IMG/VR virus record: IMGVR_UViG_3300037755_001214
Location: 1-51,529 of that record
Source: a virus
Taxonomy: Duplodnaviria > Caudoviricetes
Reading direction: 5' to 3' (one strand)
DNA: 51,529 nt
Shown here one piece after another: positions 26,552-36,008 of this stretch. Below the pieces are notes generated by a model. That model was not told where the DNA came from. It saw nothing but the letters and a program-made list of their open reading frames with translations, and ran no database searches. Both the position numbers and the translations under genes were made by a program. Position 1 is the stretch's first letter. Every line of letters starts with the position of its first letter.

Positions 26552-26871
26552 CGCCTGGCCAGGGCCTCCCGGATGGCCGCCAGGTGCTCGTTCGTCTGGT
26601 CGGAGCCAGCAACCAATCGATCCAACTTCCGGTCGAGGGCTTTTCGAATCCAGTCGTCTCGCTCCTGGACGAGGCTGAGGAGCTGCGTCTCGCCGACCTG
26701 CTGGCGAGCGCTAAATCGGCGAGCGGCGAAAAATTCGCGCACGGCCGTAGGTATAACCAGGCCAATCTGGCTTTTGAACGTACTGACGACGAGCAGAACC
26801 AGAATGGCCCACGTGGGCCAGGTGCTAAGATCCAGGTTGTTCATCGGCCTGCTCGCCAAAAGCCTGATCAA
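26548..26871 (-). CDS. Small membrane protein (possible holin-like; start probably at 26844)
   Basis: N-terminal hydrophobic helix WPTWAILVLLVV followed by a charged coiled coil. Confidence 0.5.
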   Translation of the reverse strand: MIRLLASRPMNNLDLSTWPTWAILVLLVVSTFKSQIGLVIPTAVREFFAARRFSARQQVGETQLLSLVQERDDWIRKALDRKLDRLVAGSDQTNEHLAAIREALARR

Positions 26872-27063
26872 AGGCGTCCATACACCTGCACTGCGTTCCG
26901 GCGCACGTGTATTCCTTGTAGACCGCCTGGTCTAGTCGCAGCTGGGCCGCCAGCTTGAAGGCCAGCCTGTACAGCTCTGACCACAATTCGGCGGTCAGGG
27001 CGGCGCACTGTTTTACCTCGGGCCAGTAGGCCCGGAAAAAATTAAAAATGGTGGTGATGTGTT

Positions 27064-27519
27064 TCAAGAGGCTCCTCCCTCGACCCAGCACACTCGCGAA
27101 GCGCGCAGCACAGCAAGTGCGGGCTGCGTATCGCTGGGCAGTGTGGTGATTTTTAGCGAGGTGACCGGCGTCTTATTGCCGGCGTCCTTGAGAGCCTTGG
27201 CCGTCTCGGCCGGAATCTCGCCGACTTTGACAAAGGCGTCCAGGAGTTCGATGGAGACAGTGGTCTTGCGCTGGATGATCTTCTCGGCCATAGCCTCCAG
27301 GTGCTCGATCGCCAGGCTAACCGGAATCTCGGTCCGGTCGTAGCGGTCGAGCTTAACCACGCCGCCGGCGACGGCAACCTGGTCCCAATTGAGGGCGGCC
27401 ATATCGGCCTTGACCTGCTCCTTGAGGCGCTCGAAGCGCCTGGTGGCCGGGTAGAGAGCGACCAGCTCTTCGGCCGCTTTCCGCAATCCGGCAACAGTTG
27501 GCTTGGTTTGCTTACTCAT
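27064..27519 (-). CDS. Hypothetical protein; C-terminus carries palindromic element B
   Basis: Overlaps the recombinase stop; GGAGG RBS. Confidence 0.65.
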   Translation of the reverse strand: MSKQTKPTVAGLRKAAEELVALYPATRRFERLKEQVKADMAALNWDQVAVAGGVVKLDRYDRTEIPVSLAIEHLEAMAEKIIQRKTTVSIELLDAFVKVGEIPAETAKALKDAGNKTPVTSLKITTLPSDTQPALAVLRASRVCWVEGGAS

Positions 27520-28576
27520 ATGTCCCTCCCTCGGGACCGGGACAGTGTCCTAAATTGACGCCCTGGTTGGCGACCTTGGCCGCCTCGACGTATCGCCTCG
27601 GCATAGCCAGCGAACTCCACCCACCCGCCTCCTGCAGGGAGAACGGGTCGGTGCCGTTCCGGGCCGCCGTCGTTGCCCAATAGTGCCGGCAGTCGTGGGC
27701 GCTCAGGCCCGTGACGCCGATCTGGCGGCCCAGGAGCGCGACGCGGGCGGTGATCGCCTGCTCGCTCATTCCCGGGTCGCCCAGCGCGCCGCCTTTACGG
27801 CTGCCGCGCAGCACGGAGCCACGCTCCGGAGCGTCCAGTCGAAAGTAATGTGTCGCGGCTTGCAGGGTGTCAGGGGTGAGCTGGTGGATCTGCCGCCTGT
27901 CCACTTTCGGCCGGTAAAAGTTCATCTGGCCCTCGGCCAGGTCAATGTCGTCCACTTGTAGGCCCGCCACCTCGCCGCAGCGCAGGCCGTGGTCCAGCAG
28001 CAGGCACATCAAAAGCCGATCCCGCCTCCTCTGGCCGGTGTTGCCCGGCTGATTCTTCAGCACGTTCGCCTGGTCTCTGGTCAACAGGACAGCGCGGGCT
28101 TTCTTGCGCCCGACCCGGTTCACCGGCCGACGTTGATCGATCCGCCGGGCCTCCTTCTGAGAGTAGCCCTTGACGGCCCGGATCAGGACGGCCTCGCCCG
28201 GCTCGATCACCCCGGCCTTGCTGGCCAGCCCGGCGTACACCTTGGCGGTGGTTAGCCGGACGTTGAGGCTGCCGATGGCATAGCCCTGCCGGAGCTGCCA
28301 GCGAGCGAATCCCTCGACGATGCCCCAGGTAATGCCGGCCCACGCCTCCGGGTCGAAGGCCAGGTCCCCCGCCTCGATCTCCACGTCGGCCAGGTACTCG
28401 GCAAATAAGGCCAGGTCGGCGTCCTGCCGGCGCAGGGTGTTGTCGGCGCGTCGCGACCGGTAATCGTCGAACGCTCGCCGGGCGGCGGCCTGGTTGGCTG
28501 CCTGTCCGGCCAATGCTAGACGGCCCGCACTTGCGGCGGTGCAAGTGTGCTCCGGAGCGACTGTCAGGTCGTTCAT
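27512..28576 (-). CDS. Tyrosine recombinase (second, no adjacent att site recognised)
   Basis: RDRLLMCLLLDHGLRCGE, SAHDCRH, GGW(SS), RRYV catalytic R-H-R-W-Y set. Confidence 0.9.
   Translation of the reverse strand: MNDLTVAPEHTCTAASAGRLALAGQAANQAAARRAFDDYRSRRADNTLRRQDADLALFAEYLADVEIEAGDLAFDPEAWAGITWGIVEGFARWQLRQGYAIGSLNVRLTTAKVYAGLASKAGVIEPGEAVLIRAVKGYSQKEARRIDQRRPVNRVGRKKARAVLLTRDQANVLKNQPGNTGQRRRDRLLMCLLLDHGLRCGEVAGLQVDDIDLAEGQMNFYRPKVDRRQIHQLTPDTLQAATHYFRLDAPERGSVLRGSRKGGALGDPGMSEQAITARVALLGRQIGVTGLSAHDCRHYWATTAARNGTDPFSLQEAGGWSSLAMPRRYVEAAKVANQGVNLGHCPGPEGGTYE
27527..27551 (+). repeat. 25-bp sequence TCCCTCGGGACCGGGACAGTGTCCT, identical to 40829-40853
   Basis: Exact match; interrupted third copy at 51357-51410. 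Confidence 0.9.
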
Positions 28577-28598
28577 TTCGGGCCTCTATTGCTTGTGA

Positions 28599-28892
28599 TT
28601 ATTTAAGAGAATCACAAGCAATTAAGGGCTGACCCGCCGACCGCTCGACCAGGCTGAGCGCCCGGGCCACATCCTCGGCCACGTAGTACACCCTGGCCAG
28701 CGCGTTGTCGTCGATCACACTTGCGCCTGCGCACAGTGCAGGTGGCCGCACCACCTGCAGCGCGCCGGTGACAAAGGCGCGGCCCAGGACCTGCTCCCAG
28801 TCTTCGGGCTCCCGACCGTAGCGGAGCAGGAACAGGTAATCGAACAGCCGCCTGGCGACCTCAAGTTTTTGCTTGCGCGTGCGCTGATTCAT
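28599..28892 (-). CDS. Hypothetical protein with an in-frame palindromic insert
   Basis: Coupled to the upstream gene; ACACTTGC...GCAGGTG element at 28717-28744. Confidence 0.6.
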   Translation of the reverse strand: MNQRTRKQKLEVARRLFDYLFLLRYGREPEDWEQVLGRAFVTGALQVVRPPALCAGASVIDDNALARVYYVAEDVARALSLVERSAGQPLIACDSLK

Positions 28893-29215
28893 CCCTCGAA
28901 CTCCTGGCCTTGCCCGGCCGGCTGAACACTTGCATCAGGCAGCGGCCAGCGCCAACCTTCCGACGGCTGCTCGTACCAGCCGCGCGCCTTCGAGGCCGTG
29001 ACCTGATCCAGGCAGCGTGAACGCTGGTGTGTCAAGGCGACACAGGCGTCATAGAGGCCCCTATAGTATTCGGCCTCGGGATCGGCGGCCGGCGCCTGGA
29101 ACTGGGCGGACAGGAACAGCCCGCCGGCGACCAGGGCCGTCAGCAGGGAGGGAATCAGGATACCGATGCCCAGGGCCAGAACGGCGGTGATGGTGACGAC
29201 TAAGCGAGTTTTCAT
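28889..29215 (-). CDS. Membrane-anchored/secreted hypothetical protein (MKTRLVVTITAV...)
   Basis: ATG at 29215 overlapping the upstream stop; long hydrophobic N-terminus. Confidence 0.6.
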   Translation of the reverse strand: MKTRLVVTITAVLALGIGILIPSLLTALVAGGLFLSAQFQAPAADPEAEYYRGLYDACVALTHQRSRCLDQVTASKARGWYEQPSEGWRWPLPDASVQPAGQGQEFEG

Positions 29216-29556
29216 CGGCTGCCCTCCGGGAACCTGGCCCCCTTGCTGGCCGCCAGCTCCACACCGGCGGCGACTGCGGCCGCCCTGGTCCGGAATTGCG
29301 CCCGGTTCTCGCCTGTCAGGCAGTAGTGCGGGCCGTAAATCCAGAGCAACCGGTAACACTTGCCCGCCAGGTCCTTGATCAGCTCGACCGCCAGGTGGGG
29401 CGCTGGGGGCTTCAACTGCCCGTCATCCTGGTAGGCCAGCTTGATCCTGTGCCGGCCGGCGAAGTCGCCCAGCGTGGAAACGGGGACATCGCGGCGATGA
29501 ATCTGCTCGTACTCTTGAACCTCCGTCTCCAGAGCTGCTACCTGTTGCTGGTCCAT
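29212..29556 (-). CDS. Hypothetical protein (MDQQQVAALE...)
   Basis: AGGAG RBS before ATG at 29556. Confidence 0.6.
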   Translation of the reverse strand: MDQQQVAALETEVQEYEQIHRRDVPVSTLGDFAGRHRIKLAYQDDGQLKPPAPHLAVELIKDLAGKCYRLLWIYGPHYCLTGENRAQFRTRAAAVAAGVELAASKGARFPEGSR

Positions 29557-29755
29557 TCGTCTGTTCTCCTGTTCCGCCAAGATGCTGGCGGAGGCATTGG
29601 CCTGGTATTGGCCTGATTGATTGCCTGGCGGTAGCCATACACAGCCGCAGCTACAAAAACGATCAAAAAGCCGGTTGCGAGAAAGAGAGGGGCGCCCACT
29701 CATCCCACCTGTGTCTGTTGCAAAAATCGGTTGCGCACAGGGTCATCACCCATTT

Positions 29756-30055
29756 TTATTGCGCCCTCTCAGGTCGGCCGGCTAAAAAAGTATCTGGTCC
29801 AATGAGTCCCCTGGTTACAGCGATCGCTACCGCGTGAGTAATGTTCGCCGCGGCCAGCGCCTTGACCACCGCCTCGCGGTGTTTCTTGACCGTGATTTCC
29901 GCCACAGACAATTGTCGCGCGATCTCTTTACCGGTGCAGCCCCGCGCGGCCAGGGTCAGTACGTCAAGCTCGCGTTTTGTCAGCTTGTTGAAAACAAAAA
30001 GGGGGCAGTCCGCGTCTGCGGACTGCCCCCGGATCGATGTCTCATCAGTAGGCAT
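29756..30055 (-). CDS. LuxR/GerE-type HTH transcriptional regulator
   Basis: LTKRELDVLTLAARGCTGKEIARQLSVAEITVKKH. Confidence 0.9.
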   Translation of the reverse strand: MPTDETSIRGQSADADCPLFVFNKLTKRELDVLTLAARGCTGKEIARQLSVAEITVKKHREAVVKALAAANITHAVAIAVTRGLIGPDTFLAGRPERAQ

Positions 30056-30086
30056 ATTTGGCTCTTCGGTTTTTTGGCGCCAGTCG

Positions 30087-30302
30087 TTAGGCTGCTAGCC
30101 TCGCGTTGATCCTGCTCAATAGCATCGGCTCACCGTATTGCACGAGCTGGCCGTGCTCGTTCATGACTAATGTGAGGATTGCCCCCGTCCGCTGCGGACG
30201 GATGGCTGCGGCCGCCGTGGCCAGGTAATCATCAAGCTCAATGACTTGCCTGGTGGTGAGAAATTGTAGTCCCGGTGCGGGCGGAATCGGTCGGTGGTTC
30301 AT
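30087..30302 (-). CDS. Hypothetical protein
   Basis: AGGAG RBS, co-oriented. Confidence 0.55.
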   Translation of the reverse strand: MNHRPIPPAPGLQFLTTRQVIELDDYLATAAAAIRPQRTGAILTLVMNEHGQLVQYGEPMLLSRINARLAA

Positions 30303-30356
30303 CGTGCTCCTAATTTATCATACTTCGAGCCCAGGTTCAATTATGCTTTTGTATAC

Positions 30357-30410
30357 AAAAAACGCGCGAAGATCCTAAGACCAGTGCTGGTCTGTGGACC
30401 TCCGCGCGTT
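30357..30410 (-). terminator. Long hairpin with U-tract, probable terminator of the early leftward operon
   Basis: AACGCGCGGAGGTCC...GGATCTTCGCGCGTTTTTT on the minus strand. Confidence 0.65.
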
Positions 30411-30469
30411 CTTCGCTCTTGGAGGAGTATTGCCAGCCAGGCGCTGGCAATTATAAATTTGGTGTAAAT

Positions 30470-30820
30470 CTACTCGGGCTGAAGATCGAGCCCGGAAACG
30501 AGGTGCTTTAGACGGCCCGTCATCCCGGTCCTGACCACCCCGCAACCATCACGCGGCTTCAGCATCGCCCGGACCGCCCGGCCGGCCCGCACGTCCACCT
30601 CGATCCGCAGAGCCAGATAGTCCTGCGGATCAAGCTTGCTGAAAAAGTCGTAGGCTCTAAAATTGACCACCTCGGCCGGCTCCTGCCGGCTCAACTCGAA
30701 GTGAATGGACGTGACCACCTGCCGTTCCTCGCCGTCCCACACGATCTGGCCGTATTTCAGATGGCTATTGCAGTCCCGCACCCGGTCCAGGAACTCAGCG
30801 TAGCTACTGTTCTCCGGCAT
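30470..30820 (-). CDS. Hypothetical protein
   Basis: 116-aa ORF in a run of coupled minus-strand genes. Confidence 0.55.
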   Translation of the reverse strand: MPENSSYAEFLDRVRDCNSHLKYGQIVWDGEERQVVTSIHFELSRQEPAEVVNFRAYDFFSKLDPQDYLALRIEVDVRAGRAVRAMLKPRDGCGVVRTGMTGRLKHLVSGLDLQPE

Positions 30821-31025
30821 CCCTACCCCCGAACATTGGCGAGCAGGCCAGGTAGCTGGAATTGAGCCCGTCGGCGAGGAGGCGCGTTAGCTTGTTCCAG
30901 GCTGGCCGGCGATCCATTGTATCCTCAACCGCCATCTGCTTGAACAGCGCCAGGAAATGCCAGGCTTCCCACTCTTCGACCTTGACCTTTACGACCATTA
31001 ACGTGCAACCTCTCGCCAGCATCAT
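30804..31025 (-). CDS. Hypothetical protein
   Basis: Overlaps the next gene; start uncertain. Confidence 0.45.
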   Translation of the reverse strand: MMLARGCTLMVVKVKVEEWEAWHFLALFKQMAVEDTMDRRPAWNKLTRLLADGLNSSYLACSPMFGGRDAGEQ

Positions 31026-31083
31026 ACCATCAAAACAACCGTTCTGCTAGTGACAAGTATCACTTTCATCTTGCCCAAAGGTA

Positions 31084-31299
31084 CTAACCGCGCCCGTTCT
31101 GGGCCGTCCTGATAGCCGTAGCCACCAGGCTTGCCAGCCGCTTCCATTCCTCCAGCCGCTTGGGGTCCACGTCGGGCAGCAGGCGGCGGACCCGTTCCGC
31201 CTCCTCCGCCCGCTCGCGCACGCAGCCGATGAGCAGCAGGGCCTCGAACTCGGTCAGGCACAGCCTCAATTCAATTTGGTTGTTAAGCTCGGGTTCCAT
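31084..31299 (-). CDS. Hypothetical protein
   Basis: 71-aa helical ORF, co-oriented. Confidence 0.5.
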   Translation of the reverse strand: MEPELNNQIELRLCLTEFEALLLIGCVRERAEEAERVRRLLPDVDPKRLEEWKRLASLVATAIRTAQNGRG

Positions 31300-31332
31300 A
31301 GCCAGTGATTGTACCCGGACGGGGTCATTTTA

Positions 31333-31710
31333 CTATTTCCCGTAGCGCTCCTTCCAACGCCTGGCGGCGATCCGGCTTTGAGCCAGCCCCTCCTGGTCGA
31401 AGCCCGGCCGGCCCTCGCGAACCGCCTGCTCCTCCCACTCTAACCAGGCGTCCACGTGAGAGGGGATGCGCCTGTCCCCCGCGAACATGTCGGGTTCGCC
31501 GGTTTCCGGGTTTGGTCCAAACCAGACCAGGGCATAGCCCAGCCTGTAGTCCCGTTCCTCCGGGGTCTCCGACTCCCTGGAGGCCGGCTTCGGCTTCGTG
31601 GTGTGCGGTGTCAGCTTGAGCGTGGATTGCTTTTTGTTTGGTTTCCAGTTTGCCGTGCCAAACAGGTTGTTCGGCTTCTCTGTTCCGTCGCCTGTTCCAA
31701 ATAAACCCAT
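31333..31710 (-). CDS. Hypothetical protein (MGLFGTGDG...)
   Basis: AAGGAG RBS before ATG at 31710. Confidence 0.6.
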   Translation of the reverse strand: MGLFGTGDGTEKPNNLFGTANWKPNKKQSTLKLTPHTTKPKPASRESETPEERDYRLGYALVWFGPNPETGEPDMFAGDRRIPSHVDAWLEWEEQAVREGRPGFDQEGLAQSRIAARRWKERYGK

Positions 31711-31757
31711 TTCTATCTCCTTCACTTGACCTTCGTTGAGGGTTTCTCCGGGCCGCC

Positions 31758-33092
31758 TTAACCCGTCACCCGCGCCTGGCGCAGCTCCGGCCACTCGGCA
31801 CGCGCAGCGTCTTCGACGGCGAGGCCCAGGCCGCGCCGGGCCTGGCGGACCATTTCCCCGGTCGGCTCGTCGACCACGCCCAGGGTCCGGGCCTGGCGCG
31901 GCCGCTCGCCCAGCCCGATCAGGCTGGCCCGGACGACCGTGGCCATATCGCGCAGGTTGGCCTCGATCACGGCCAGGTCCCGGTATTCGGCCTGGCGGTC
32001 CACCTGGCCGGCCACGGCGGCAATCATCTGCTCGATCTCTTCATCGCCGTAGAAGTTGAGGCTCTTCACCTGGTCGACCAGGTTCCGCAGCTGCACCACC
32101 GACCGGGGCGGCAGGCTGGCGTTTTTCTCGATAGCGCCCAGCACGTCGACGCTGGCGTTGTAGACCAGGCTGCGCAGTTGGACCACCACGTCGCGCAAAA
32201 AGCCATCCACCAGCTTCTCTTTCTGCTTGCGGGCCTTTTCGACCACGTCGGCGTGCATATCCTTCATGAGCTGCTCTTTCCAGGCGGCGGCCGTCCGGGC
32301 GGCCCGCGTCTCGGCCCAGATCTTCTCCCGCGCGGCCTCCTCCTGCTCCTCCTCCAGCCGGCGCTGCGCCTGCAGCCGTTCCACTTCCGTCCGGGCCTGG
32401 GCCTGGGTTACGTCGGCCTGGGCCTGCTCCTCGGCCAGGAGGGAGGGCAACGGCACGTAACGCAGCTCCACGTCGAAGTAGAACGATTCGCGGATGGCTA
32501 TGGCGGACAAGAGCGAGGCCTCGATCCCGTCCAGAAACGTCTCCACGAAGGCGTCCTCGCCCGCGAACCCTTTGACCGCTTTCGGATGCAGCCGCTTGAG
32601 CCGGTGGTAGGTCCCACGAGCGGCCAGCCGGTAACCGCGCAAGAGCTCATCGATGACCTGGTCGTACTCCTCGACCAACCGGTCGCGGGCGGCGAAGTAC
32701 CGCTCTTTCTGCTCCTCGTTGCCCTGCTTCCACTCCTCGTAGGCGGTGATCGGCACGAAAAAGCCCCAGTAGGTGCGGAAGGCTTTTTTCTCCAGCCACT
32801 TCCGGGCGGCCGAATCGATGGAGTCAAGCTCCTTTAACACCGACGCCGGCAGCAGCTTCTTGTGGCCCAGGTCCACGATCTCCTGCAGTTCCTGGTCGGC
32901 CTTTTCGTCCAGTTCGATACCCAGGTCGTGCCAGGTCAGCCGGCTCTTGGCCCGCCAGCGGCCGATGTGCAGCGAGACCAGCACCCCCTCCTGCATCAAT
33001 TGCAGCCAGCGGGGGTTGGCCGCTTTGATCTGTTCCGGGTCTTCGTTCAGCGCCTCGGCCAGGCCCTGGCGCAGGTCCTCAAGCGGTTGCAT
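31758..33092 (-). CDS. DUF3150-like coiled-coil protein
   Basis: VLVSLHIGRW...DLG...LGHKKLLP...ARKWLEK...GFFVP N-terminal pattern recalled from DUF3150; GGAGGAG RBS. Confidence 0.6.
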   Translation of the reverse strand: MQPLEDLRQGLAEALNEDPEQIKAANPRWLQLMQEGVLVSLHIGRWRAKSRLTWHDLGIELDEKADQELQEIVDLGHKKLLPASVLKELDSIDSAARKWLEKKAFRTYWGFFVPITAYEEWKQGNEEQKERYFAARDRLVEEYDQVIDELLRGYRLAARGTYHRLKRLHPKAVKGFAGEDAFVETFLDGIEASLLSAIAIRESFYFDVELRYVPLPSLLAEEQAQADVTQAQARTEVERLQAQRRLEEEQEEAAREKIWAETRAARTAAAWKEQLMKDMHADVVEKARKQKEKLVDGFLRDVVVQLRSLVYNASVDVLGAIEKNASLPPRSVVQLRNLVDQVKSLNFYGDEEIEQMIAAVAGQVDRQAEYRDLAVIEANLRDMATVVRASLIGLGERPRQARTLGVVDEPTGEMVRQARRGLGLAVEDAARAEWPELRQARVTG

Positions 33093-33122
33093 CGAGCTCC
33101 TCCCGATTCATAATAGTACGCG

Positions 33123-33201
33123 ACCTGCCTGCGCTGGCGCACACTTGCCCAGGCACGCAAGTGCGGGCGGGCGCAAGCGTACCTGCGGTACTAGGCAGGT
33201 G
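33123..33201 (+). repeat. Element A (33123-33180) joined to element C half ACCTGCGGTACTAGGCAGGTG
   Basis: Exact match to 371-428; C matches 39512-39540 and, inverted, 47005-47033. Confidence 0.9.
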
Positions 33202-33213
33202 AGCGTACGGTTT

Positions 33214-35097
33214 TTATAAGCTTCGCTGCCGGCGCAGCCCGGGCTCTTCGGCCTGCTGCAGGGCGCGCGTTTTCTCCTCCAGCCTGGCCCGGTTGTCCAG
33301 CAGTTCCTGGTACCGGGGCGGCAGCAGGTCCCGGTCGTTGCACTCCTGCACGGCCAGGTAGGTCATCAGCTCGATATCGGCGGTCGAGGGGCTGAGCCGC
33401 TGCGCGGCCTCCAGGAGAGCGGCTGACGGCGACAAGCCTTCATCCTCAATCAGTTCAGCAGCCTTGACCACGGCCGCCTCAATTTCCGCGCCGGTCCAGC
33501 CCTCGGTCAACTGCAAAATTTCCAGAATTTCCTTTGACCAGGCCTCGACCCCCAGGTAACGTCGCCCCATCACATCGATAATGGCTCCCCGCTCCGGACC
33601 GTCCGGCACCAAAAACGGGATCTTCTTATCGAATCTCCCCGGCCGGCGCAGGGCCGCGTCCATCAGGTCCGGCCGGTTGGTCGCCGCCAGGAAAACGATC
33701 TCGCCGCGGTGTGACGTGTCGCTCATAAATTCCAGCAGGCGCTGGAAAATGCGCCGGTCCTGCTGGCTGCCGCCGGTCCCGTCGCCCCGGCCGATGGCCT
33801 GGTCGATCTCGTCGACGAAGACCACGGTCGGCGCCAGGCTGGCGATGGCCCGCAAAGCCTTGTCAAGGTTCTTCTCGCCCTGGCCCTGCCACATCGAGGC
33901 GATCTGCCCGCCGATCCGCAGCCGGACCGCGTTCACGCCTGCTTCGCAGGCCACGGCTTCAGCCATAATGCTCTTGCCGGTGCCGGCCGGGCCGGTCATC
34001 AGCACGCCCATCGGCACGCGAGCCTTCCGCCCTTCACGCATCGGCCGGATGACCGAGCGGGTAAAAAAGTCCTTGACGTGCTGCAGGCCGCCCACGTCGG
34101 CGAAGCCAAAGCGCGGCTCGATGATCTCAAGCACGTCGCCGAACTCGGTGCGGATGATGTCCTGCTTGCGCTCCCAAATTAACGCCTGGCTGACCAGGCC
34201 GGCCCTCGTGCTGCGCAGCAGGATATCCTCCACGTGGAGCAGCGACAGCCCGGCCGTGGCGTTGGCCGCGGTCTCGGCGCTCAAACCAGATTCAAACCTG
34301 ACCGGTCGCTCGCCGCCCTGCGCGCCTTTGGCGTGCGCGCCTCTGGCGTCCAGGTAGCGGTCAATAAATCGCTTCCGCTCGACCTGCCCGGGCAGCGGGA
34401 TCTCGATGGCCTCGTACCGGCTGCCGGCGGCGCGCAGGTCGCCGTGCAGGCTGGCAATGTTGTTCGTTATGAGGAACACCGGGTTGCCGGCGTTCACGAT
34501 CTCCGGGTCCCGGCCCCAGCGGGCCATCGTGGCCAGGGCCGTCCGGTCATCCGGGCTCATCGTGGCCAGCGGCCCGTCGGGAATGATGAGCTCCGCATTC
34601 TCAATGATGACGGCCGCCGTTTTGCCGCTGTCATCCGTGGCCCGGAGCAGCCTGTCCAGCAGCGGCAGCGCCGCCGCCGGCGAACGAGGCAGCTCCTGCT
34701 GGGCGGCCGGCGCGGCGCCGATGGACTGCAGGGCGGCCAGGGCGGCGTTGGCCGGCGCTTTCTGGGCCGGCTCGGCCAGGCCCAGGAGCTCCAGCGCTTT
34801 CTGCCGCATCGTTTCGACCGGGAACGTGATGCCCCGGTCCCGGCTGTAGACGGCCACCACCTGCCGGCCGGCCAGCAGCCGGGCCAGGTAAGCGGCCGGT
34901 GAAACGGTCGCTTCCGGGCTCACGTAGTCGGCCACGTTGAAGTGGCAGACGAAGGCGTGGGCCACGCCGGCCTCGTACAGGTCCAGCAGCCGCCTTACCC
35001 AGGGCGGTCGCTCGACCTGGGCGCCGTTTTCCCCGGCGGGCGGCGCCGGGACTTGTTCTTCGAGTTTATTTTTTCTGGTCTTAGTCTTGGTGGTCAT
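33214..35097 (-). CDS. Classic-clade AAA+ ATPase, Ycf46-like (degenerate N-terminal AAA + active C-terminal AAA)
   Basis: FADVGGL, GPAGTGKS, VFVDEID, ATNRPD...ALRRPGRFD SRH, GWTGAEIE. Confidence 0.88.
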   Translation of the reverse strand: MTTKTKTRKNKLEEQVPAPPAGENGAQVERPPWVRRLLDLYEAGVAHAFVCHFNVADYVSPEATVSPAAYLARLLAGRQVVAVYSRDRGITFPVETMRQKALELLGLAEPAQKAPANAALAALQSIGAAPAAQQELPRSPAAALPLLDRLLRATDDSGKTAAVIIENAELIIPDGPLATMSPDDRTALATMARWGRDPEIVNAGNPVFLITNNIASLHGDLRAAGSRYEAIEIPLPGQVERKRFIDRYLDARGAHAKGAQGGERPVRFESGLSAETAANATAGLSLLHVEDILLRSTRAGLVSQALIWERKQDIIRTEFGDVLEIIEPRFGFADVGGLQHVKDFFTRSVIRPMREGRKARVPMGVLMTGPAGTGKSIMAEAVACEAGVNAVRLRIGGQIASMWQGQGEKNLDKALRAIASLAPTVVFVDEIDQAIGRGDGTGGSQQDRRIFQRLLEFMSDTSHRGEIVFLAATNRPDLMDAALRRPGRFDKKIPFLVPDGPERGAIIDVMGRRYLGVEAWSKEILEILQLTEGWTGAEIEAAVVKAAELIEDEGLSPSAALLEAAQRLSPSTADIELMTYLAVQECNDRDLLPPRYQELLDNRARLEEKTRALQQAEEPGLRRQRSL

Positions 35098-35145
35098 TCG
35101 ACACCTCTCCTTTGGCGTTCGGATAAATTCCCTATGTGGATTTTT

Positions 35146-35454
35146 TCAGCCTGGATTTTGACGTTTCGCCGTGAGAAACGCCTCGGCGTAGCCGAGAAAG
35201 AACTCCCGCAGCAAGGGGCTCGTGACCCCGTCCGGCCTCGGTTGATCCTGCAGAAAAACCCGGCCGTCCCGGCGCTCGACCAGCACGCTGATAGATACGG
35301 CGTGCTGGTCGAGCGTCATCCCGTCGTCTTGCAGGGCGACCATTACCTTGGGCGCCATTTCCATAGTCGGGTGCTCCTCGATCTCCTGGCGAGCCAGCTC
35401 GTAACAGTCGTTCAACGTGCGCTCGAATAACTCGCGGTTCGCTTTGTAGATCAT
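35146..35454 (-). CDS. Hypothetical protein
   Basis: ATGA overlap with the upstream gene. Confidence 0.6.
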   Translation of the reverse strand: MIYKANRELFERTLNDCYELARQEIEEHPTMEMAPKVMVALQDDGMTLDQHAVSISVLVERRDGRVFLQDQPRPDGVTSPLLREFFLGYAEAFLTAKRQNPG

Positions 35455-35654
35455 TTTGCCTCCACCTGCCGGCGAACCTGGCCGGCGTCGTCGTGCCGGT
35501 GCTGCTCGACCGGGCCGTCCAATTCGACGTTGACGCCCTGGGCCTTCAGTGTGGCCAGCAGCTGCTCGATGGCCAGCCGGCCCTCTTCAAAGTTCCCCTC
35601 GCGGGTAATGACCTGGATTTCGCCGTCCAGGGTGACGACGATCTGCGCCTTCAC
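35451..35654 (-). CDS. DUF2997-like small protein
   Basis: 67 aa, IVVTLDGEIQV...LEQLL pattern, and context beside a Ycf46-like AAA. Confidence 0.5.
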   Translation of the reverse strand: MKAQIVVTLDGEIQVITREGNFEEGRLAIEQLLATLKAQGVNVELDGPVEQHRHDDAGQVRRQVEAK

Positions 35655-36007
35655 GAGTTACCTCCTCTGGCCGCCGTAACGGTGGCCGTTAGTTTTTGGT
35701 GGGCCATTTGTTCGCTCAGGTCGTACAGCCCCTGCGCCTTGAGGACGCTGGCGGCGAACTCGCCTGCCTCGATCAACTTCAGGATATCGACGGTGAGCCG
35801 GGTTACTTCGGCCCTGAGCTCGTCGACGATCTCGTCGGCTGACCGGCCGTCCTCAAGTTGGATCGTGACGATGAACCGGCGGTCCTGGTGCTCGCAATGG
35901 ATGGCCAGGTAATTCGGCCCGCCTATCCGGTCGAAGGCCAACACCATAAATGAGGCCACGAAACGTAAGAGGAAACGATTCAGGATGGCATTAAGCTGCT
36001 TCAACAT
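35651..36007 (-). CDS. Hypothetical protein
   Basis: Coupled to neighbours; GGAGGTG RBS. Confidence 0.55.
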   Translation of the reverse strand: MLKQLNAILNRFLLRFVASFMVLAFDRIGGPNYLAIHCEHQDRRFIVTIQLEDGRSADEIVDELRAEVTRLTVDILKLIEAGEFAASVLKAQGLYDLSEQMAHQKLTATVTAARGGNS

Positions 36008-36008
36008 C

